Virus record (IMG/VR): IMGVR_UViG_3300032301_000602
Coordinates: 1 to 54,093 of that record
Strand: one strand, 5' to 3'
Origin: a virus
Taxonomy: Duplodnaviria > Caudoviricetes
Length of the DNA stretch: 54,093 bases
Shown here: positions 45,451-52,305 of the stretch, piece by piece
How the letters are laid out: each line of letters opens with the position of its first letter
Numbering within the stretch: position 1 is the stretch's first letter
Made by a program: the position numbers and the translations under genes
The notes under the pieces: generated by a model
What the model was told of the DNA's origin: nothing
Database searches by the model: none
The model's input: the letters and a program-made list of their open reading frames with translations, nothing else

Positions 45451-45870
45451 AAGGACAGTCGTAAAGTGGACGAGACATACGCCATTAGAACCTGTGACGA
45501 GGTATGCAAGGGTAAAACCGCCGCACTCACAGTTAGCCATCCGTCCCATCGCCTGAACACATTGCGGCGTGGGAATCCAGAGAAAATCTGGTAAGCGCGA
45601 GGGATAATACCCTCGGAGGTTGATTGCGGTTGTTTAAAGGTCTAAGAGCGGCTTCGGAGCCTAGATCGCAGTCTGTGGAATAAAGCGGAGGACTCACCCA
45701 AGAGGAATGAGAATCCAAATTTGACTATGCCTTTGCCCCTGCGGGGGCGAGGTGTGGTCATACGGTAGGATCTAGCCCATAGGAATTATTAATCCAATGG
45801 AGCGGCGTTTCGGGGTTCAAGCCAATAGAGCCGCTGATAACGGCGGGGCGACTGGCCCCAGCCCCGCCTA
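45438..45870 (+). ncRNA. Candidate large structured ncRNA (RNA2, ~430 nt)
   Basis: About ten consecutive hairpins with G-U pairs on the + strand; no credible ORF. Confidence 0.6.
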
Positions 45871-45902
45871 GTAACACAATCGCCATAACCCATAAAAAAA
45901 CA

Positions 45903-45931
45903 TTGAACAAACCCGCATCTATGGTGTCTAT
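45903..45931 (+). promoter_or_regulatory. TTGAAC-N17-GTCTAT promoter
   Basis: A-tract upstream; ATG 45938 6 nt downstream. Confidence 0.7.
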
Positions 45932-45945
45932 TGAACCATGACTAA

Positions 45946-46092
45946 TGGTGGGATCATTGAGGGGCGGCTGGAGATATCTGGACGCAGCGACCTGAGTCCT
46001 ACCACCTCTTTTGGGAGCGGGGCGACCCGGCATGCAAATGCAGAACCAGCAACGATTCGGGGGAATTGTCGTTGGTGCGCCACCCCGTTCCT
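45946..46092 (+). ncRNA. Two structured domains (RNA3 or structured leader of 46103)
   Basis: TGGTGGGATCA/TGAGTCCTACCA stem; GGGAGCGGGG/CCCCGTTCCT stem closing a 3-way junction. Confidence 0.45.
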
Positions 46093-46102
46093 AAATCTTT
46101 CT

Positions 46103-46381
46103 ATGAAATACATACTACTAGCAATAATCGGGGCCAGCGTAAGCTATGGCCAGCAGTTCAACGGAACCATTGTGGACTTGGACAGTGGACGCATCCAGAG
46201 ATTTCAAGGTCAAACAATTGACCGAGACCAAGACCATCGTGATCGTATGGCAAACTATGATCGAATGATTGCGGAAACTTATGCCTCTATCGAAGCAATG
46301 AGGCAGGAAGGTGAAATGCAGCAGCAGACCTACGAGCTTCGCAAGCAGACCGAATTACTACGAAAGATTGCCAATGAGTAA
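46103..46381 (+). CDS. Secreted/periplasmic protein
   Basis: Signal-peptide-like MKYILLAIIGASVSYG then coiled coil. Confidence 0.6.
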   Translation: MKYILLAIIGASVSYGQQFNGTIVDLDSGRIQRFQGQTIDRDQDHRDRMANYDRMIAETYASIEAMRQEGEMQQQTYELRKQTELLRKIANE

Positions 46382-47021
46382 CTATCTCAACGTCAACATC
46401 CCCGTTTTCTTTGCCTTTTTGGATACGGGATTTTTGTACGATACTGAAGCTAACGTAGACAACGAAAGGATTGTGGTTGAAGTATTCAACTACACATCCA
46501 TCCCACAACGCTGTGGGCTGTTCAGCGTTATGACTGAGTACGGAAGTCAACACGCAAGAGTCCCGATCCATTACCTCCATACAGACGAAACTGGAGGGAC
46601 CAGCTACCCTTTGGACTGGATACAGCTTTGGGATTCGATGAGCTACTACTGCTCTTCGGGGATTGTGGACTACTGCAAGAATCGCGGGGCGAACATCATG
46701 CTTAAAGACCGTACCCTGCACAAAGCCCAATACATGTTTACCTTGGACTGGTGCCTTGGACCACAGTATCAATCGGGCTACGGGGAACTGGCTGCTGGTC
46801 ACAAGTGCGGCCATGTCTTTAAGGGAGATGGGCAATTTTTTATCCAACCCAACAACCGAGTCCTTTGGATGGACGGCGGATCGTTTATCGCCAAGTCCTT
46901 TCCAGCAAAGCCCGACTGGAAGGTATTCAGTCAGGATTTTAGTTGCGAGGACACAGGAAGCCGCTGGGTTAGCGAAAGCGACGAAGAGCTATGGTTCTAC
47001 GAATTCAAAGAGCGTGGATAG
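46374..47021 (+). CDS. Conserved phage hypothetical protein
   Basis: YLNVNIP..QLWDSMSY..YMFTLDW..HKCGHV..QPNNRVLW. Confidence 0.7.
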   Translation: MSNYLNVNIPVFFAFLDTGFLYDTEANVDNERIVVEVFNYTSIPQRCGLFSVMTEYGSQHARVPIHYLHTDETGGTSYPLDWIQLWDSMSYYCSSGIVDYCKNRGANIMLKDRTLHKAQYMFTLDWCLGPQYQSGYGELAAGHKCGHVFKGDGQFFIQPNNRVLWMDGGSFIAKSFPAKPDWKVFSQDFSCEDTGSRWVSESDEELWFYEFKERG

Positions 47022-47260
47022 GAATCGCATTACTTGTTACAAGTGGTTGTGTTTCCTATCCAAGGCCCTATCCTTGGAATTTTCCCGAAGCAAGGGAGTG
47101 GAATCAGCCCTTGGAGTTTAGCTGGGTCAATGCGGTGGACAACTACCGCAACCTAACCGCACCTAAAGAGAAGATTTGGAATCCTCTTGTTCGGGACTAT
47201 GAGCCTGACTTTGGAGCGGAACTTTATCGGGATGTTGAAGAGCATGAAATGTATCAATAA
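46991..47260 (+). CDS. Putative lipoprotein
   Basis: WIGIALLVTSG|C lipobox. Confidence 0.5.
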   Translation: MVLRIQRAWIGIALLVTSGCVSYPRPYPWNFPEAREWNQPLEFSWVNAVDNYRNLTAPKEKIWNPLVRDYEPDFGAELYRDVEEHEMYQ

Positions 47261-47552
47261 TCCATCCTTGCTTACGGGCCTCAATTCCGTTCTCATGGAC
47301 GGCATTGTGACAGGATCGACAGAGCGCAGCAAAGTATTCATCAAGGCAAAGCCACTTGCCAACCCTTCCGGCCCTGTGATGGATGTCTGTCGCCTTGGAC
47401 TCCTTGCATCTCTGGCATATTGGGTGGAGAGCGAGGTAGGTATTGCGAACCTGTGTATACTCCTTGTACTCACGTTGGCGTTTGGTGGATGCATTCCGCA
47501 ACCTGCCTTTACTTTTAAGTGGGGTTCGGCGTTTTAAGGGCGATCTTTTCAT
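47163..47552 (-). CDS. HNH endonuclease
   Basis: MKRSPLKRRTPL..CQRC..DIHH..ALCRSCHNAVH. Confidence 0.8.
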   Translation of the reverse strand: MKRSPLKRRTPLKSKGRLRNASTKRQREYKEYTQVRNTYLALHPICQRCKESKATDIHHRAGRVGKWLCLDEYFAALCRSCHNAVHENGIEARKQGWIIDTFHALQHPDKVPLQSQAHSPEQEDSKSSL

Positions 47553-47580
47553 TGAACGAAATCCGGCATTTGCTGTCTAT
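47552..47580 (+). promoter_or_regulatory. TTGAAC-N17-GTCTAT promoter, leaderless, heading the dnaB operon
   Basis: ATG 47587 lies 6 nt after GTCTAT. Confidence 0.7.
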
Positions 47581-47586
47581 GTATCC

Positions 47587-47778
47587 ATGTGGAAGAACTA
47601 CAAAGAAGAAAAACCAGAGCGTGAGGGAATTTACCTTATTTGCTCTCCCAGCGCAAACCCTCCTTACAGAGATGCTGCCTATTTTTATCCAAACCATGGG
47701 TGGAGCAGGACCGCTCACATACTTGAGCCTATGATTGAGTATTGGACGGAGTATCCCCAATGCCCAAATTCAAAGTAG
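47587..47778 (+). CDS. DUF551-like small protein
   Basis: MWKNYKEEKPEREGIYLI..IEYWTEYP. Confidence 0.6.
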   Translation: MWKNYKEEKPEREGIYLICSPSANPPYRDAAYFYPNHGWSRTAHILEPMIEYWTEYPQCPNSK

Positions 47779-48175
47779 TCCTTACTGTAATCAATGAAGA
47801 CTCCGTCACCCCATTCGTGGTTGGCCCACGATTCCGTCGAGGAAGCCCCCTCCCAATGGAAGCGATCTACCTTGAGCGTGGCGGCTATTTCTTCGACCCT
47901 GTGGCCGAAGTCGATATGGCCAGAGACTGCGCTGAACTTTTCACAAAATACGCCGCGCAAGCGGAAACCAAAAAAAGAAAGAAATAAATAATATGACGTT
48001 CCTAGTATGCTACGGAGATGCTGTAGTGGAATTCCACAAGGGTTCCATGACCAAAGAAGACGCAACCTTAGAGGCCGACAAGCTGATCGGTCAAGGGCGC
48101 ACCAACGTAAGGGTCAGGGCCGAAGACCCTCACCACCCATCTTGGCCCCTTAACTTCGATTTGCAGGAGGCTTAG
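47760..48175 (+). other. Two small hypothetical genes (47760-47987, 47993-48175)
   Basis: Packed ORFs in the operon. Confidence 0.5.
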
Positions 48176-49147
48176 ATGAACATCGTCTTTGCCTACCATA
48201 GTGGAGACTGTGAGTTGGCCTTGGAGAGTGCCAAGGCTATTGTGGAACAGGGTGTAAACATCCGCCACAAGGCCACAGTATGCTGCACTGAGGGAACCCC
48301 GCTACTTCCGCAAATTACGGAAGAGCTAAAGAAGGTATTCCCAGAGGTTGGTGGGATTATCGCTCAAGACGGATTCAATGGATGGCCCCTTGGTCCCAAT
48401 CAAATGTTTGCTGACGCATCTTCCCATTGCTACCAATACGAAGACCCTTGGTACTTTTGGGAACCGGACTGCGTCCCTATGACTGAAGGGTGGGTTGACA
48501 AGCTGGAGGAGGAATTCAACAAGAATACGGGCAAGATCATGGGATGCTTTATTGAGGGCGGGGTGGCTCCGAGTGGTAAGATTATGTATCAACTCATTGT
48601 CTGGAGTGCTGTTTATCCGTCAAAATTTCTCAATGGGTGCAGGATTGCGGCCAATCTTTACAACTACAACATCTACTTCAAGGACAAGAATGTGGTTCCC
48701 GAACCTTGGGATGTGCGTTGCCGCTGGGAATTCCTTCAGTATGGGCGAGACACGCCGCTTATCAGAGCCTACTGGAAGAGTTGCAACTACCAACGCAAGG
48801 GAGAATCCATTGTCTTTTTTGCCGAAAACGCCGAAGCTCAAGACGTTCAGAATGTTACCTGCCCAGACCGCACCGTAAGCCCCAAGGCCGTTGTAGTCCA
48901 CGGGTGCAAGGACGGATCTCTCCACCGGATGATCTACGATAAATATATCCCTCCTGTTTATGTGGAGATTGAACAACCGGAGGAAATCGTTGTCCAACCC
49001 CTACAATCGAAGGTCACCTTTGTGGCCAGCGACAACAAAACCGAATCGGATAAGTTTTTGGCCAACCTGAGATCACTAGGTAAAACCTTGGGCAAGCCAA
49101 AGAAATCCCGAAAGAAAAAGAAACCACAATGCAAACAGAACAAGTAA
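48176..49147 (+). CDS. Glycosyltransferase-like protein (paralog of 22813-23598)
   Basis: GWPLGPNQMF, WYFWEPDCVPM..WVDKLEEEF..IMG, SAVYP, VVHGCKDGSL. Confidence 0.55.
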   Translation: MNIVFAYHSGDCELALESAKAIVEQGVNIRHKATVCCTEGTPLLPQITEELKKVFPEVGGIIAQDGFNGWPLGPNQMFADASSHCYQYEDPWYFWEPDCVPMTEGWVDKLEEEFNKNTGKIMGCFIEGGVAPSGKIMYQLIVWSAVYPSKFLNGCRIAANLYNYNIYFKDKNVVPEPWDVRCRWEFLQYGRDTPLIRAYWKSCNYQRKGESIVFFAENAEAQDVQNVTCPDRTVSPKAVVVHGCKDGSLHRMIYDKYIPPVYVEIEQPEEIVVQPLQSKVTFVASDNKTESDKFLANLRSLGKTLGKPKKSRKKKKPQCKQNK

Positions 49148-50472
49148 TCTACGAACAGTCAGCAGAAACCGCCATCCTGTCCTGTCTCTTCCACGGGGCG
49201 GTAGAAGACCAAAAGGAAATCATTTCAACAATCAGGGAAGACCACTTCTTTGTCCATGAACACAAGATCATCTTCAACTCTGTTTTAAGGACTATTGGTC
49301 GCGGCATCCATGCGGACTACATCAACATCAAGAACGAGCTTGAGGGCAACAAGCAGCTAGAAGAAATCGGAGGGGACCATGTGTTGACGGAGATTGCCTC
49401 CTTCTGTCCCAACGCCCACAACTGGAAGCGTTACTATCCCAAGCTGGAAGAGGCTCGCTATCGCAGGAGTTTGGAATACTTGGCATCCGACATGATATGC
49501 AAGGCGCGGGATCGGGATCTAAAGCTTGAGGAACTCAAGAACTGGTCAGAGACCAGCGTAATGAAGGCCGACTACCTGATAGACAATACGGACCAGCTAT
49601 CGATCAAGGGAGTGGTGGAGAGGGCCTTGGACAATATTGAGTCCACCATGAGGGGCGAGCCCAAGATCGGTATCCGCACAGGTCTGGTTCCGGTGGATGA
49701 TCTTCTTATGTTCGGGATGCGCGGTGGAGACATGGTGGTTCTCGCTGCCAGACCAGCAGTTGGCAAGACCAGTGCTGCCATGCAGATTGCCGAACATGTG
49801 GCCTTGGACCTGAAGAAAAGGGTGCTGATGTTCTCGCTTGAGATGACCAGCGTTGCCCTAATGGAGAGAATGATTCGGAGTCGAGCCAGAGTCCGCGCTG
49901 CCGATATCCTCGCTCAGTCTATTACTCCGTATCAGAAACAATCACTAGGCAAGGCTTACGAGGAGGTTCGGGATTCCAACATCTTGTGCGATGACACCTC
50001 TGGCAAGTCCATGGGGTACATCAAGTCCATTGCCCGTCGAGCCCACCAGAAAGAGCCGATTGACCTGATCATCATTGACTACCTCCAGCTTCTCAAGGGA
50101 GACAGCAAGAGGGCCAAAGACAACCGAGTCAATGAGGTCGAGGAGATTAGTGGCGGGATCAAGGAACTAGCCAAGACTCTGAAGGTGCCAGTTTTAGTTC
50201 TCGCCCAACTTAACCGCGACCCCGAAAAAAGAGGGGGAAGGCCAAGCCTTTCAGATCTCAAGGGATCTGGAGCCATTGAGCAGGACGCCGACATGGTGAT
50301 GATTCTTCACTGCGATGAAGAGGATGCCAAGAGCCACACCCAAATCCCAACCGTGGAATTTATTGTAGCCAAAAACAGGGAGGGAGCAACTGGTGTCTTG
50401 CCAATGAGTTTCAATAAGTCTATAACTAGGTTTGAAATTCTTAATAAAAATGAAAGACAATTTAACTCTTGA
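49129..50472 (+). CDS. dnaB: Replicative DNA helicase
   Basis: LAARPAVGKT, FSLEM, IIIDYLQL, LAQLNR, SDLKGSGAIEQDAD, VAKNREG. Confidence 0.95.
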   Translation: MQTEQVIYEQSAETAILSCLFHGAVEDQKEIISTIREDHFFVHEHKIIFNSVLRTIGRGIHADYINIKNELEGNKQLEEIGGDHVLTEIASFCPNAHNWKRYYPKLEEARYRRSLEYLASDMICKARDRDLKLEELKNWSETSVMKADYLIDNTDQLSIKGVVERALDNIESTMRGEPKIGIRTGLVPVDDLLMFGMRGGDMVVLAARPAVGKTSAAMQIAEHVALDLKKRVLMFSLEMTSVALMERMIRSRARVRAADILAQSITPYQKQSLGKAYEEVRDSNILCDDTSGKSMGYIKSIARRAHQKEPIDLIIIDYLQLLKGDSKRAKDNRVNEVEEISGGIKELAKTLKVPVLVLAQLNRDPEKRGGRPSLSDLKGSGAIEQDADMVMILHCDEEDAKSHTQIPTVEFIVAKNREGATGVLPMSFNKSITRFEILNKNERQFNS

Positions 50473-50950
50473 GCGCGTTACTGAACTTTTTGAATACTCC
50501 TATTCAAGCGGTAACCTTATTCGCAAAAAATCAACATCCGCCAATGCTAGAAAGGGAGATATTGCTGGATATTTTAATATGGCTGGATACAGAAAAACAT
50601 CAATAGACGGGTTTCAGTATTACAATCATCGCCTTGCTTGGTTGTTGGTCAACGGCAAGTGGCCCCAGAAACAAATCGATCACATCAATGGAGACAAGGG
50701 AGATAACAGGATAGAAAACTTGCGAGAGGCATCTGTAAGCGAAAATAGTCAAAACAGATCAAAGCAGTCAAATTGTTCTAGTGGTGAAAAATGTATCTGG
50801 TGGAAATCGGACAGACAAAAATATCGTGTTCGTGTTGGCGTTGGCGGGAAATATCACCATATAGGATATTTTAAAGACCTAGAAGATGCCATTGTTTCTC
50901 GCGACAATGCTATCAAAAGATTGCACGGCAAGTTTGCCAAATGCAATTAA
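50450..50950 (+). CDS. HNH-AP2 homing endonuclease
   Basis: HRLAW..IDHINGDKGDNRIENLR..N..N; AP2-like YHHIGYF..A..R..LHGKFA. Confidence 0.88.
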   Translation: MKDNLTLERVTELFEYSYSSGNLIRKKSTSANARKGDIAGYFNMAGYRKTSIDGFQYYNHRLAWLLVNGKWPQKQIDHINGDKGDNRIENLREASVSENSQNRSKQSNCSSGEKCIWWKSDRQKYRVRVGVGGKYHHIGYFKDLEDAIVSRDNAIKRLHGKFAKCN

Positions 50951-51528
50951 ACCTTCTTCCAACAATGGCTGGGGAAATCAAGACTAGCGTCCTGCTGCAC
51001 ACTCAAGGGAAGATGGACGCTCACAGCATTGTAGCACCCGCAAACCCCACAGGCACTCAGTTGAAGGTCAAAGCTGGTAGTTTTTGCGCCAGCAATTTGG
51101 GGGAGAAGCCCCGCAATACCCTTGCATCCCCAGCAACCGGAGGTGGGAATTTGCATAGGGCATTTCGCGCAGATCTCCGCCCTGCGCTCCGCTTCCTCTT
51201 GGGGAACTAGTTCAAACTTGTTGTCCTTGGCAAACTGATACATTGCCCTAACCCAACGAACAATAGCCCCGAATCCAAGGGTTTGTTTTGCTTTGGAGCA
51301 AGGGACACAATTGGGGTTACCCCCCATCCTTGAGCAAAGGGCGTGTTCGATTTGCCGTGAAAGATCAGGCGGAGGAACTTTACCAAGGCTAACTGTCAAT
51401 TTGTTACAGTTATCAACCATATCAGACCAATCGCCGCCATCAACCCGTTGGTTCTCCCAAGTCACCCACCATCCACCCCAAGGGCCGTCTGTTTTTCGTG
51501 AGTAACAAAATTTAGGTTCCTCACTCAT
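50947..51528 (-). CDS. Cys-rich hypothetical protein
   Basis: ERRAEICAKCP..CWGC..CGVCGC..CW. Confidence 0.6.
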   Translation of the reverse strand: MSEEPKFCYSRKTDGPWGGWWVTWENQRVDGGDWSDMVDNCNKLTVSLGKVPPPDLSRQIEHALCSRMGGNPNCVPCSKAKQTLGFGAIVRWVRAMYQFAKDNKFELVPQEEAERRAEICAKCPMQIPTSGCWGCKGIAGLLPQIAGAKTTSFDLQLSACGVCGCYNAVSVHLPLSVQQDASLDFPSHCWKKV

Positions 51529-52276
51529 TGACTACTAGTTCCGCTTCAAAGGTTGTGTTGTTCGGAATTTTAATGGATTCCAGCTTGGAGGCAATGTTGA
51601 TCTGAATGGCGTTTTGTTGGTTGCTTCCATCTGAAAAATTAATTGAGGCAGCTTCAGCCAATTGTTTGATGTTCCTCATCATGCCGAGAGCTTCCATGCC
51701 GTCAAGATCTTGGGCTGCGTCTGCGGCCTTGATTAGCACCTTGCCAGTAAGGAACTTGATCGACTTCTTCATGGCCTCAAGAGATGCCGTGATGTCCGAG
51801 ATTAGTGTGGGAACCCCGCTATCTTCCCAAGGAGCAGGGGCAGATTCATTGACCAACCTTGCCCGACAGGCATCCCAACGCTGGGCATCCTTCCAAAGGT
51901 CAATAGTCGAGTGGCTAACCCCGACTTCCAAAGCAACATCGCTAACCGATCTCCCAGAGCAGTACATGGCAAATGCCTTGATGCACTGAAGACGTTTATT
52001 TTTCTCCATCGTTTCCATTTTCTCAGGGGGAAGTGATAGGGTGGTGACATGTTCAACCTCCCAAGGATAGTGAAGCTCTTCATTTGGGGCGGCGTTCCAA
52101 AGCTCCTTGTGCTTGTCCCACTTCTCGCTGTGGATAAACCTCTTAACCACAGGAGGAGAGGTTACACCCAATGCCGCCATCACATCCGCCATCTTTCGTC
52201 CAGCGACATAAAGCCTAAAGGCGTTTTGTTTTTTAATTCTATTTTCTGGAGTTGACCAATCTCGTTGCGCTGCCAT
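51521..52276 (-). CDS. Putative terminase small subunit (tandem HTH repeats plus oligomerisation helix)
   Basis: AFRLYVAG..W and AFAMYCSG..WK..W repeats; QNAIQINI tail; adjacent to terL. Confidence 0.55.
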   Translation of the reverse strand: MAAQRDWSTPENRIKKQNAFRLYVAGRKMADVMAALGVTSPPVVKRFIHSEKWDKHKELWNAAPNEELHYPWEVEHVTTLSLPPEKMETMEKNKRLQCIKAFAMYCSGRSVSDVALEVGVSHSTIDLWKDAQRWDACRARLVNESAPAPWEDSGVPTLISDITASLEAMKKSIKFLTGKVLIKAADAAQDLDGMEALGMMRNIKQLAEAASINFSDGSNQQNAIQINIASKLESIKIPNNTTFEAELVVNE

Positions 52277-52305
52277 GGGTTATAATGTAGAGTGAAATAT
52301 CGTAA

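Noticed and set aside
45330-46095. tRNA, tmRNA, group I/II intron, or IscB/HEARO-type system
   Set aside because: No TTCGA T-loop cloverleaf, intron core or interrupted gene; the adjacent HNH is tiny, divergent and lacks RuvC/PLMP motifs. The ORFs listed here look spurious.
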